The notes: generated by a model from the letters alone, not told the origin. 64,000 nucleotides of DNA from Mariniflexile sp. (GCF_041583155.1 NZ_JBFHGK010000010.1:33216-97215), one strand, 5' to 3'; shown: positions 1 to 9,295, counted from the stretch's first letter. Translations and numbers: made by a program.

Positions 1-107
1 TCCAAGTATTTGTTTTCATCAGGATTGTAAATTTCACAAAACAAAACATCGTCTTCTATCCAAAACTTAGACTGTTCTATTTCTATAATATCGCTTTTAT
101 CAGTCAT
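1..107 (-). CDS. small STAS/SpoIIAA-like protein, B-type paralogue (N-terminal part only; runs off the window edge)
   Basis: Too short for the ORF track. The reverse complement of 1..107 reads MTDKSDIIEIEQSKFWIEDDVLFCEIYNPDENKYL. This is clearly paralogous to the N-terminus of 8325..8747 (MTNKDDFIELERSEFWTETGVLFCKIRNPDENINL). Its ATG overlaps the TAA of 107..520 by one base (TAATG). Confidence 0.7.
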   Translation of the reverse strand, partial: MTDKSDIIEIEQSKFWIEDDVLFCEIYNPDENKYL

Positions 108-520
108 TATTGTTCTGAATTAAATATGTAATTAGTTTTTAAAGAATAATGAACTGCTTTTTCGAAAGAACAAAATATTCTATTAGGTATTATAGGGTCG
201 GGAATGAGGTTAAAAATGGCTAAACCAAATTTTGTAGCGAATGAACTTACCACAAAAGATTTAGACAGCACTATTGTTTTAAGCTCCAAATTCCTGGAAA
301 GTTTTTTTACTACGGAAAACACATAACCATCACCAAGATTTCTGAGATCTATTACTAATGGATAATACCGCCCATTTGATAATTTGTCAATTACACTGAA
401 GTAATCTTTTAAATTTTCCGTATTAAAATTATTAACAGACTCTTTTTGCATGAACCGGCAAAAAACCACTCCACTGTCTAGCCAAAATTCTGCATTCCCA
501 CATTTAACTTTTTTGCTCAT
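107..520 (-). CDS. small STAS/SpoIIAA-like protein, A-type paralogue (function unknown)
   Basis: 137-aa ORF with an ATG start. It is roughly half identical by eye to 8744..9163, sharing blocks FW..GV.FC, PLVIDLR, LSKSFVVSS and IPN..F...E.A..YSL. The layout (strand, ..IDLR.. strand, C-terminal F....A..Y/W-L) resembles the STAS_2/SpoIIAA-like family. The family assignment is tentative. Confidence 0.65.
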   Translation of the reverse strand: MSKKVKCGNAEFWLDSGVVFCRFMQKESVNNFNTENLKDYFSVIDKLSNGRYYPLVIDLRNLGDGYVFSVVKKLSRNLELKTIVLSKSFVVSSFATKFGLAIFNLIPDPIIPNRIFCSFEKAVHYSLKTNYIFNSEQ

Positions 521-544
521 AACTATTTGAATTACAAACTAAAA

Positions 545-560
545 GACAATTGATGTGCCA
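545..560 (-). promoter_or_regulatory. sigma-54 type -24/-12 promoter (TGGCAC-ATCAA-TTGTC) for the 107..520 operon
   Basis: The minus strand reads TGGCACATCAATTGTC, ending 24 nt upstream of the ATG at 520. It matches TGGCAC-N5-TTGC except for the last C (T here). The same 16-mer with 1-2 changes is found at 9190..9205 in front of the paralogous operon. Confidence 0.55.
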
Positions 561-650
561 AAGTATGCCAAACACAAAAGAAACAATTTCAAGTGTCTGA
601 TTTTCAGTTATATATGTTTTTTAAGCAAAAACACAGACATAAAAAAAGTC

Positions 651-662
651 ACGGTATATCGT
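651..662. promoter_or_regulatory. putative enhancer (UAS) palindrome, proximal site (ACGGTATATCGT)
   Basis: Imperfect ACGG-N4-CCGT palindrome embedded in GTCACG..CGTGAC. Its centre lies 98 nt from the GG of the -24 box. That distance is the same as for the site at 9296..9307. Confidence 0.45.
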
Positions 663-691
663 GACTTTTTTTGATGTAAAATTTTGAAATA

Positions 692-703
692 ACGGTATTC
701 CGT
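692..703. promoter_or_regulatory. putative enhancer (UAS) palindrome, distal site (ACGGTATTCCGT)
   Basis: ACGG-N4-CCGT palindrome whose centre is 41 nt from the proximal site, the same spacing as at 9337..9348. The flank AAATAACGGTATTCCGTGAGT is nearly identical to the reverse complement of 9291..9313. Confidence 0.5.
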
Positions 704-1008
704 GAGTGTTACTTCCTAATAATCAGTACATTTCAAAATAAAATTATAAAGCTTCATTAGAAAATAATCCAAAAAAAAAGCTACCCTTTATAGGACAGCT
801 TATATTATAATTTTACTTTTCTAATTCTAGTTAAAAAATTGGGTTTCCTTAATTGCTATAAAATGTAATTTAAAATACCATATAAAATCTAAATTCATTA
901 GTATTAGTAAAATTACGACAAGAAAGATAGTTATATTTACTTTCAATAAAATACAACTAGCAACACCCTATTAGCAGGTTTCATTTGGAATTATAATATT
1001 ATAATTTG

Positions 1009-2016
1009 CTATTTGGCATACTCCGTTCTACTACCATCACTATCAATTTCATAATGAAAATCAATTTCCAACAAAGCAACATAGTCGTTAAAAGTATCAC
1101 TAGCATTTGTAGTATACCTATAAAGCCTACACATTAACATACTAGAAATTTCTTTACCAGTACCATCAATGGCCCCTAAAGGAGTGATAGCATGCTCATA
1201 CGCACTAACCGAACCTCCATTTGAAGGCACCAAAGTACTTCCGCTTACAGTTGTAGTATTTGGAAACACAGCACCAACATTAGTCCATGTATACTCTAAA
1301 GCCCAAACAACAGTATTTGACCCGACATCCGACTTGGAGGACCAATGCACATGCGGATAAATGGTTGATCCTTCTTTCCACCCATGAGGCAATTGAACAC
1401 TAAAAACCACGGAAGGCTCTTTATTGTAAGGAAAAAATAGCGCGGCGGTATTATCTTTAAACACGTCGTATTCAACATCGGTAATATCTGTTTTCTTTAT
1501 TTGAACCGTATTTACTGGTACTTTTAAATCATCAAACCTTGTAGCAGTACCTTCAAAACTCAAAGACCCATCACTTCCTATATAAGTATTATTAGTACCG
1601 TCTCCAAATCTGGTATTTCCTGCGTCGTCAATTGTCATTCGTTCACTACCGTTCGTAGTGAAGCGTATTTTATCATCATCGGGCGTTTTTTCAACTTCAA
1701 TTCTTGTATCACCTTCTTCGTTTACCATTTTATCTGGTGCGTTATCAGATAGCTCTGTCCAACTAGTTTTATAGAACCAAAAACTTTGCGTAGTGGTATC
1801 AAAAACTAACAAACCTGTTACCGGACTCGCAATGGCCATTCTTTGAGTTGAATCCATTCTAGGAATAAGAATTCCTTTTGAAGAAGACTGAATATCTAGC
1901 ATAGATGAACTATCCGGGCTATTTGTACCAATACCCACTTGTGATTTAACGGAATAAGTGATAAAAAAACAAGCGATTAGTGCGCATTTGAAAATTAAAG
2001 TATAAATGCTTTTCAT
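1009..2016 (-). CDS. secreted protein of unknown function with a tail-fibre-like N-terminal motif
   Basis: 335 aa with a signal peptide (MKSIYTLIFKCALIACFFITYSVKSQ). This is followed by VGIGT..P..S.MLDI.S..KG.L.PRM...QR.AI..P..GLLVFDT, a motif I recognise from many Bacteroidota proteins annotated as tail-fibre-domain proteins. The C-terminal beta-rich domain is unassigned. It lies 12 nt downstream of 2029..3987, so the two are probably co-transcribed. Confidence 0.6.
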   Translation of the reverse strand: MKSIYTLIFKCALIACFFITYSVKSQVGIGTNSPDSSSMLDIQSSSKGILIPRMDSTQRMAIASPVTGLLVFDTTTQSFWFYKTSWTELSDNAPDKMVNEEGDTRIEVEKTPDDDKIRFTTNGSERMTIDDAGNTRFGDGTNNTYIGSDGSLSFEGTATRFDDLKVPVNTVQIKKTDITDVEYDVFKDNTAALFFPYNKEPSVVFSVQLPHGWKEGSTIYPHVHWSSKSDVGSNTVVWALEYTWTNVGAVFPNTTTVSGSTLVPSNGGSVSAYEHAITPLGAIDGTGKEISSMLMCRLYRYTTNASDTFNDYVALLEIDFHYEIDSDGSRTEYAK

Positions 2017-2028
2017 TTTAATAATTTT

Positions 2029-3987
2029 TTAATTGGCTATTTTAAAGGTTTTGCTTCCCTCGTTTGAATGTACTACAACTAAATACACACCTTGAGAATG
2101 CTGTAATGGAATTTCAATTTGTTCTTTATTTAATACTTCATTTTTAAGTTCAACAACATACTGACCTAACATATTGTATACCAACACATTATTTAACCTT
2201 AAAAGCTTTTTATTGTTTACTACTATCGTATTATCTTTATAATAAACTTGTATATTTTCTTCTATACTCGATTTTATGCTCAGCGCATGTTCTGGAATAA
2301 ACACCAATTCAAAACGACCATTATAAACTCCTGATGGCAGGCTAAGTTCAAGGCTCGCATCTTTTAAATTATAGGTTTTATTTAACACATTATCCTTAAT
2401 GTAAACGGGATCTGGAAAATTCTCTACCGCGTCTAGCATGATTGTATGAATTCCTGATTCTTTAATTATTAAACTCAAAGGAAACTTATATGAAGCGTCA
2501 TAACTTCCAACGCCTTGAATTATATATTTTTTCGAAAAATCATTATCTATTATAAAGAACAAATCATTATCTCGTGTAGTGGAAGGAATCGCATCATAAC
2601 CTAGGTTAACACCTAAATCTGCCGTTGTTCCTGGCAAAAATCCCAGCAATAGTTGCCTATGATAGCCTTCAGGACTATTATAACCAATTCTTATATATTT
2701 TTTATCTGTATCCGCAACCTTTTCATTTTTTTGGCCAGTAGTTTTATAAAAACTTGAAATAACACCGTCTTCTGTTTTAAATACGCGTTGCGAATTACTA
2801 AAAACAACATTTCCATTAGAAATAGCGTCAATAAAAAACCCTTGAGCAACTGCAATATAGCGTTTGGGAATCACCCCTGAAGAGGTACCCAGCCCTGATA
2901 TTGTACTAATTAATGATGGCGCCACACCTCCAGTTAAATTATAAACAGCATACCCACCTTGGTAATCGGCCAAATAATGCGAAGTTGAACCGCCATCAAC
3001 CCAAAATTGTATATTATCAAAAACACTAAGATTATCTGCTATTAATTTATTAGCATCAATAGCCGAAGGATATGGGTTACCAAATAATGCACTTTGCCCT
3101 GATAGTATTGGAAATGTTATATCACCATTATTAGGAACACCTTTAAAAACATAATTTTGACCAACTACACCAGACCCTTTTATTGAAAATCCATATCCAG
3201 GATTAATAGCTGTGCTGCTCGTAATTTGTTTCCACCCATAGTAACTATTACTATTTTGCGGGAACATATATAACCATCTAGTATTTACTGTAAGAGGTGT
3301 AACTACGTTACCACTGCCATTTAAAACAGATGATGCACCATTGTAAGGCGAACCAGAATTAAATAAAATTTGTTGGGGTGAAAATGGACTTAAACCTGCA
3401 TCTGTACCATCATACAAGCCACCATATAATGAAAAAGTACCAGTATTATTAGTAGTTGGAGACGACATATAATTATAAGCATAACCGTTTGAAGTTCCTT
3501 GTTGATCTTTTAATAAACTTCCTGAAATAACCGTATTTGTATTGGCCCCTATCTGTTTTTGAACTAATTGAGAATTGCCTGCTAAACGCAAATCTCCATT
3601 TACCAAATTTAAATTTTTGGTTACTACAACACCTATATTATCTGCTACATAAACCCCTTTTTTAGACGCTCCATAAACATCAACTTCTAAATTATAAAAC
3701 TGAATACTATCGCGTGTCCCACTTATATTTAAAACGTCATTTGCCAAACTTTTAAAATAGGTTGTTCCAGAAGCAGAGGACGCCACACCATTATTAACAA
3801 AATTGTCATTAAAATATAGATCTACATCATTTACATGAATCCCTGTTGATTGATTTACATATGCATTTTCAAAATACACCGAAGTTGATGGTGATATTTT
3901 TAAAGTTCCTTCGTTTACAATTTGCGCAAAAGTAGAATTCGAGATTACTAAGCAAAGGCAATAAAACGCCAAAATTTTTATATTCAT
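2029..3987 (-). CDS. T9SS type A C-terminal sorting domain protein (large secreted protein)
   Basis: The track ORF starts at a TTG at 3993. The first ATG at 3987 gives MNIKILAFYCLCLVISNSTFAQ, a signal peptide. The C-terminus (..NVLVYNMLGQYV..GVYLVVVHSNEGSKTFKIAN) is a typical Por/T9SS sorting tail. The body is Asn/Gly/Ser-rich and beta-like. Confidence 0.75.
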   Translation of the reverse strand: MNIKILAFYCLCLVISNSTFAQIVNEGTLKISPSTSVYFENAYVNQSTGIHVNDVDLYFNDNFVNNGVASSASGTTYFKSLANDVLNISGTRDSIQFYNLEVDVYGASKKGVYVADNIGVVVTKNLNLVNGDLRLAGNSQLVQKQIGANTNTVISGSLLKDQQGTSNGYAYNYMSSPTTNNTGTFSLYGGLYDGTDAGLSPFSPQQILFNSGSPYNGASSVLNGSGNVVTPLTVNTRWLYMFPQNSNSYYGWKQITSSTAINPGYGFSIKGSGVVGQNYVFKGVPNNGDITFPILSGQSALFGNPYPSAIDANKLIADNLSVFDNIQFWVDGGSTSHYLADYQGGYAVYNLTGGVAPSLISTISGLGTSSGVIPKRYIAVAQGFFIDAISNGNVVFSNSQRVFKTEDGVISSFYKTTGQKNEKVADTDKKYIRIGYNSPEGYHRQLLLGFLPGTTADLGVNLGYDAIPSTTRDNDLFFIIDNDFSKKYIIQGVGSYDASYKFPLSLIIKESGIHTIMLDAVENFPDPVYIKDNVLNKTYNLKDASLELSLPSGVYNGRFELVFIPEHALSIKSSIEENIQVYYKDNTIVVNNKKLLRLNNVLVYNMLGQYVVELKNEVLNKEQIEIPLQHSQGVYLVVVHSNEGSKTFKIAN

Positions 3988-4165
3988 AACCAATACCCTA
4001 TTTGGTTGTTGCTACATATAAAGTTAAAATTCCGGACGGGTTATTTACATGACATTTATCATGTTTGACTATATATTGTGTTTTTTACCCAAGTAAAATG
4101 TATTTTATCGATTATTTAATACTATAAACGCTTGAGTATGTTTTTTTCGTACAATATATTTAGGT

Positions 4166-5776
4166 CTAGAAGTTTCTTAATAACTTGGCAGTAAATCCAT
4201 CGCTGTTAACATTCTGACTTTCCGAATTAATAATAGGAAAACAGAAAAAGAAGGTACTCCCTTTTCCTATAGCTGAATCAATCCAGATATTACCATCCAA
4301 TAGCTTAACCAACTTCTTAACTATTGTAAGCCCGATACCTAAACCTTCATGTAGTCTGTTATAAGAATTATTAACCTGCGTGAAGCCTTTAAAAATTAAA
4401 TCGTAATGCGCTTCTTCAATACCAATTCCTGTGTCAGAAACAAAAAATGTAATATAAACTTTACCATCTTCCTGACACACGTTGAACCCTAAGTTTACAT
4501 CACCATTTTCTGAAAATTTAAACGCATTTTTTAAGAGGTTTATTAAAATGTGTTTTAGTTTCAACTCATCAATATAAATGGTAATATGTTTATATTCTGA
4601 AGGAATTTTTAGATTAAATTTTATATGGTTTTTTCCTATTGTATTTTGATAGTCTTTCATTAGCAAATAAACATCATCAAACAAATCAGCTAAACCAATT
4701 TTTTTATTATGAATTTTCACTTTGCCCGATTCAATTAAGGAAATATTAAATAAGTCTTCAATAAGTTTAAGTAAATGTTCCCCATTTTTATGAATAATTT
4801 GGTTGTATTCCAAAATCTCATTCATAGGCGAATCGGCATCTATAAGTCCAGATAATCCTATTATAGCATTAAGGGGTGTTCTAAGTTCGTGAGACATAGT
4901 TGCCAAAAACTCCGACTTTAATTTATCCGATTCTCTGCCTTTTTCTATAGCTGCTTCAAGTTCTGCTATATATTTAATCCTTTTAGAAATATCATGTTGA
5001 ATTCCCAAATACCCAATAACGTTATTGCCACTATCCAAGATAGGATCTATAGTACTTTCCAAGTCAATTAAACTACCATCCTTCCTTTTGTTTTGATAAT
5101 GGGACATTTTAAAACTTTTCTTGTTTTTAAGGGTTTGCCAAAGCAACTTAAAACGATCGTCATCGTTGCATCCCTTTAAAACTCGAGGGGTAAACCGTCC
5201 TATAACTTCACAAGCAGTATAACCGTAGGTTTTTGTGAATTGCGGGTTCACGTAGGTTATGATGCCATCAGGATCTGTCATTATAACGATGTCGTTTGAA
5301 TTTTTCATTGCCAAATCCAATTTTCTCAACAAAAATTCATTAGACTTGCGTTCCGTTATATCCCTAATCCCAAAAACAAAATAGGTATTACCTCTTAACT
5401 GCCAATCAGAAAAAGAAAGTTCTACAGGAATTTCTTTACCATCTTTTCGTATGGCTAATAATTCAAAGTTTTTTGCAATATGTTTGCGGTGCCCTTGAGT
5501 AAAATAACCTTGTAGAATTTGGCGTTTTATTTCAAACTTATTTGATATAATTTCAAATATACTTTTACCTACAATTTCGTTGGATTGAAACCCCAACATT
5601 CTTTCCGCAGCCGGATTCCATGACAAAATAAAACCATCATAATCAACACTAACCATTGCATCCGTTGCATTTTCAACTATAGCCTCATTTAGTTTTTCAG
5701 ACTTAAGTACTTTTTCTTTAAGTATTTTATTCTCTGCCAAAAGCATTTCAATAGTTTCCTTGTCATTTTTCTCCAT
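4166..5776 (-). CDS. soluble PAS-PAS sensor histidine kinase (no TM segment, no receiver)
   Basis: 536 aa. It has two PAS modules ending in IRDITERK and IQHDISKR. The H-box is SEFLATMSHELRTPLN. N and G boxes are present (LINLLKNAFKF, DTGIGI, GLGIGL). It is a tandem paralogue of 6289..7878. Confidence 0.9.
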   Translation of the reverse strand: MEKNDKETIEMLLAENKILKEKVLKSEKLNEAIVENATDAMVSVDYDGFILSWNPAAERMLGFQSNEIVGKSIFEIISNKFEIKRQILQGYFTQGHRKHIAKNFELLAIRKDGKEIPVELSFSDWQLRGNTYFVFGIRDITERKSNEFLLRKLDLAMKNSNDIVIMTDPDGIITYVNPQFTKTYGYTACEVIGRFTPRVLKGCNDDDRFKLLWQTLKNKKSFKMSHYQNKRKDGSLIDLESTIDPILDSGNNVIGYLGIQHDISKRIKYIAELEAAIEKGRESDKLKSEFLATMSHELRTPLNAIIGLSGLIDADSPMNEILEYNQIIHKNGEHLLKLIEDLFNISLIESGKVKIHNKKIGLADLFDDVYLLMKDYQNTIGKNHIKFNLKIPSEYKHITIYIDELKLKHILINLLKNAFKFSENGDVNLGFNVCQEDGKVYITFFVSDTGIGIEEAHYDLIFKGFTQVNNSYNRLHEGLGIGLTIVKKLVKLLDGNIWIDSAIGKGSTFFFCFPIINSESQNVNSDGFTAKLLRNF

Positions 5777-6288
5777 CTTTTACTAAATTTTAATTCTACT
5801 AAACTTAATGACAAAAAAAACACACGTTACTATTGGGTTAAAAACGTTATCCTTAGGCAATAGAAACTTCAATTAACAAACACAATACGTTTTGCTCACC
5901 TTTCGTCATCATTAATTTATAATTTCATCTGACAAAATAACAGCGTTATTAATTGATAGGCATTGACAATTGTCATATTACAGTTTAAATACAATACAGA
6001 CATGAATTAAAGAAAAGAAAAGCCAATATAAACATTGTTTTTTAACACTAATTAACTCATTAAGCCTCCCACAAATAAAAAAAGCGACCCTTTTACAGAC
6101 CGCTAATTTTGCTATTAATTAAAAATAATTGAGATATAATTTCGCTATTTACTAAAACCCATACGGGACCAAATTTAAGAACCATAAATGACGGTATTTA
6201 ACAAAGCATTAATCCGGATATTTCGATTCTTAAAAAACATACCGACAATTGCTTTATTAAATAGTTTAAGGCTTTTATATTTATCCTA

Positions 6289-7878
6289 TTATTTAAAGTC
6301 ACTCAACAATGTAGTATTGTTTACGTGACTATCAATAACTTGGCATTCCGTGTTCACAACAGGAAAAGAGAAAAAGAAGGTACTTCCATTACCTAATTTT
6401 GATTCTATCCAGATATTTCCATCCAATAGTTTCAACAGCTTTTTCACTATAGTTAGCCCAACGCCTATGCCATCATAAATCCTATTATACGAATTATTGA
6501 CTTGCGTAAAGCCTTTAAAAATTAAATCGTAATGTTCTTGATCTATACCTATTCCTGTGTCATTCACAAAAAAAGTAACAAACTCCTCACCAGCGGTTTC
6601 GCGCACATTAAATCCAAAATTAACATCGCCATTTTCCGAAAATTTAAAACCATTTTTTATCAAGTTTATTAAAATATGTTTCAATTTAAAATCATCAGCA
6701 TATATACGCATATGCTTATATTCATCAGGAATTTTTAAATTGAAATTTATATGAGTCTTCCCTAATTTTTTCTGATGTTCCTTCATTAAAATATAAACTT
6801 CATCAAATAAATTAGCCAACTCAAAATGTCTTTTATACACCTTCACTTTACCCGATTCAATTAAGGAAATATTAAATAAGTCTTCAATAAGCTTAAGTAA
6901 ATGTTCCCCATTTTTATGAATAATTTGGTTGTATTCCAAAATCTCATTCAATGGCGAGTCGGCATCTATAAGTCCAGATAATCCTATTATAGCATTAAGT
7001 GGTGTTCTGAGTTCGTGAGACATGGTTGCCAGAAACTCCGATTTTATTCTGTCCGATTCTTTTTCCTTTTCTATAGCTTCCTCTAGTTTAGCCACATATT
7101 TAATTCTGCTACTAATATCATGCTGAATCCCCAAATATCCAATAACCTCACCTTCGTCATTAAGAATAGGGTCGATAGTACTCTCTAAATCTATGAAACT
7201 GCCATCCTTTTTTCTATTTTGGTAATGGCCCATTTTAAAACTTTTCTTCTCTTTAAGGGTTGCCCAAAGGCTTTCAAACCAATCTGAACCACCAGAAACT
7301 TTAAGAATTCTAGGAGTATGCTTCCCGATTACCTCATGAGGTTGGTAACCATAAATTTGCGTAAATTTAGGATTAACATAAGTAATTATTCCATCAAGAT
7401 TCGTCATTAAAACAATGTCGTTGGAGTTTTTTATTGCCAGATCTAGTTTTTTAATCAAGAAATCATTAGCCTTTCGCTCACTGATATCCCTAAAACCGAA
7501 AACAAAATTTCTATTACCATCAAATTGCCAATCTGAAAAAGAAAGTTCTACCGGAAACTCTTCACCGCCTTTTCGAATGGCCATTAATTCAAAGTTTTTT
7601 TTGGCAATTTGCTGACCTAAAAGCTGATGTTTTATTTCACTTTTATCGGATATTATTTCATAAATACTTTTATTAATAATTTCACTAGCACTAAATCCAA
7701 AAATTCTTTCGGCAGCAGGATTCCAAGACAAAATAACCCCAAGGTGATCCACACTTACCATGGCATCGGTAGAATTTTCAACTATTAATTCATTTAGTCT
7801 ATTGGACTGAATGGCTTTTTCTTTAAGCGTTTCTATCTCCGCTAAAAGCATTTGCATTGTTTTAAAATCTTCAATCAT
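6289..7878 (-). CDS. soluble PAS-PAS sensor histidine kinase (paralogue of 4166..5776)
   Basis: 529 aa with the same architecture and H-box as 4166..5776. It lies 67 nt downstream of the PAS gene 7946..8335 on the same strand. Confidence 0.9.
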   Translation of the reverse strand: MIEDFKTMQMLLAEIETLKEKAIQSNRLNELIVENSTDAMVSVDHLGVILSWNPAAERIFGFSASEIINKSIYEIISDKSEIKHQLLGQQIAKKNFELMAIRKGGEEFPVELSFSDWQFDGNRNFVFGFRDISERKANDFLIKKLDLAIKNSNDIVLMTNLDGIITYVNPKFTQIYGYQPHEVIGKHTPRILKVSGGSDWFESLWATLKEKKSFKMGHYQNRKKDGSFIDLESTIDPILNDEGEVIGYLGIQHDISSRIKYVAKLEEAIEKEKESDRIKSEFLATMSHELRTPLNAIIGLSGLIDADSPLNEILEYNQIIHKNGEHLLKLIEDLFNISLIESGKVKVYKRHFELANLFDEVYILMKEHQKKLGKTHINFNLKIPDEYKHMRIYADDFKLKHILINLIKNGFKFSENGDVNFGFNVRETAGEEFVTFFVNDTGIGIDQEHYDLIFKGFTQVNNSYNRIYDGIGVGLTIVKKLLKLLDGNIWIESKLGNGSTFFFSFPVVNTECQVIDSHVNNTTLLSDFK

Positions 7879-7945
7879 AATCCGATTTTCTCGCTATAAC
7901 ACATAACTCACTATAACTAATAACTCCATACCGCTGAAATCTGTT

Positions 7946-8335
7946 TTAGAGCTTCTCTTCAGAAACATCTTTATACATGGACACGAAGCTTTCTACATTG
8001 CCTTCACTATTTTTAATTGGTACGATAGTGGTTTCCAAACAAAATAGCTCACCTGATTTTGCCTTGTTAGTTAGTACACCACACCAAACAAAGCCATTTT
8101 TTATAGTTTCCCATAAATTTTTATAAAACTCATCATTTTGAAGATTTAAAGAAAACAAGCTATTTACCACTCCTAAAAGTTCATTTTCCTGATATCCGGT
8201 TATCTCACAAAATATATTATTAACATAAACAATACGGCCGTAATTGTCGGATACCGATATAGCCATATTTGTTCCAATAAATTGAGATGCGACAAGTTCT
8301 GATTTTTCGCACCAATTAAAATCTTTATTCGACAT
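7946..8335 (-). CDS. stand-alone PAS domain protein
   Basis: 129 aa with a single PAS fold pattern (..ISVSD..GRIVYVN..FCEITGY...ELLG......F...W..I..G..W.G......K.GE.F....TI.PI.N..G....FV....DVSE). Its start overlaps the end of 8325..8747 by 11 nt. Confidence 0.8.
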   Translation of the reverse strand: MSNKDFNWCEKSELVASQFIGTNMAISVSDNYGRIVYVNNIFCEITGYQENELLGVVNSLFSLNLQNDEFYKNLWETIKNGFVWCGVLTNKAKSGELFCLETTIVPIKNSEGNVESFVSMYKDVSEEKL

Positions 8336-8747
8336 CTTTTTGCTGTTCTTTCACATTCTGCACATATTCCAGAGCATCATTGTAATTATTAAATATTTCA
8401 AAGGGAGTAATTGGTTCGTAAATTCTTTTGTAGGACATTATTAGCAATCTTACTTTTAAAGAGTCCACAACAAATGCCTGAGCCAGACACAACTGAATAA
8501 GCTTAGTATCGCTAGATAATTTTTTAGCGCCTGATGTTAAAAAAGTACCATGTGTATTTCTTAAATCTATTAAAAATGGCTTTTTTTGACCTTCACATAA
8601 ATCTATTACAGCTTGCAAATGCTTATCAACTGTTTCTTCACTTAAATTTATGTTCTCATCAGGGTTTCTAATTTTACAAAATAAAACACCAGTTTCGGTC
8701 CAAAATTCGGAGCGTTCGAGTTCTATAAAATCATCTTTATTGGTCAT
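8325..8747 (-). CDS. small STAS/SpoIIAA-like protein, B-type
   Basis: The track ORF extends to 8774. The ATG at 8747 (MTNKDDFIELERSEFW..) matches the paralogue start at 107 and overlaps the TGA of 8744..9163 (ATGA). Motifs include PFLIDLRN, AFVVDS and EIFNNYNDALEYV. Confidence 0.65.
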   Translation of the reverse strand: MTNKDDFIELERSEFWTETGVLFCKIRNPDENINLSEETVDKHLQAVIDLCEGQKKPFLIDLRNTHGTFLTSGAKKLSSDTKLIQLCLAQAFVVDSLKVRLLIMSYKRIYEPITPFEIFNNYNDALEYVQNVKEQQKDVE

Positions 8748-9163
8748 ATTGATTTTTGGGTATTGAAAACACAATTGGTTTCTAAAGAATACTTTATAGC
8801 ATTTTCAAGGTTAGTAAATACTTTATTGGGGATAACTGAGTCTTGATTCATGATAAACAAGATTACATTCAGTTTCATAATACAAGAACTCACTACGAAT
8901 GATTTTGAAAGAATAAAAGAGTTGAGTTCAGGATTTTCAGATAATAATTCAATGGCTAATAATGCGCATTTGTTTTTAAGAGCTCTTAGATCGATAACCA
9001 ATGGAAAATGGCCATCCTTGGACAAGGTACTTATTGCTTCTAAAAAATCATCTAAAAAATGTACACTAAAATGATCATCGGCTTCATGAGGTATAAATTC
9101 ACAGAATAGCACCCCTTCATTAAACCAAAATTTAGCTTTTCTACACAGTATCTGTTCACTCAT
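8744..9163 (-). CDS. small STAS/SpoIIAA-like protein, A-type
   Basis: 139 aa and a paralogue of 107..520. It is the first gene behind the sigma-54-type promoter at 9190..9205. Confidence 0.65.
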   Translation of the reverse strand: MSEQILCRKAKFWFNEGVLFCEFIPHEADDHFSVHFLDDFLEAISTLSKDGHFPLVIDLRALKNKCALLAIELLSENPELNSFILSKSFVVSSCIMKLNVILFIMNQDSVIPNKVFTNLENAIKYSLETNCVFNTQKSI

Positions 9164-9189
9164 AATTGTAATTCATTTTAAAATTGAAT

Positions 9190-9205
9190 GACAATTGGTG
9201 TGCCA
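9190..9205 (-). promoter_or_regulatory. sigma-54 type -24/-12 promoter (TGGCAC-ACCAA-TTGTC)
   Basis: The minus strand reads TGGCACACCAATTGTC, ending 26 nt upstream of the ATG at 9163. It is a twin of 545..560. Confidence 0.55.
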
Positions 9206-9295
9206 AAGCACAACTATGCGCTACACATAATACTTATCTAATTGATTTTTAAATATTTAAGTTTTAATGAGAAAATACAGTGAATTACAGAACTC

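Noticed and set aside
641-672. A7-GTCACGGTATATCGTGAC-T7 looks like a bidirectional rho-independent terminator.
   Set aside because: I do not call it purely a terminator. The stem is only 6 bp plus one mismatch, and it lies about 340 nt after the nearest upstream stop at 1009. Its core matches the ACGG-N4-CCGT motif at exactly the position of the equivalent site in the paralogous locus, which has no flanking A/T runs. It may do both jobs, so I annotated it as a putative UAS.
5965-5974. GACAATTGTC in the 512-nt spacer between the two kinase genes shares the GACAATTG 8-mer with the -12 side of the two sigma-54-type promoters.
   Set aside because: The TGGCAC (-24) half is absent. An 8-mer match is expected by chance in 64 kb, and no ACGG-N4-CCGT sites accompany it.
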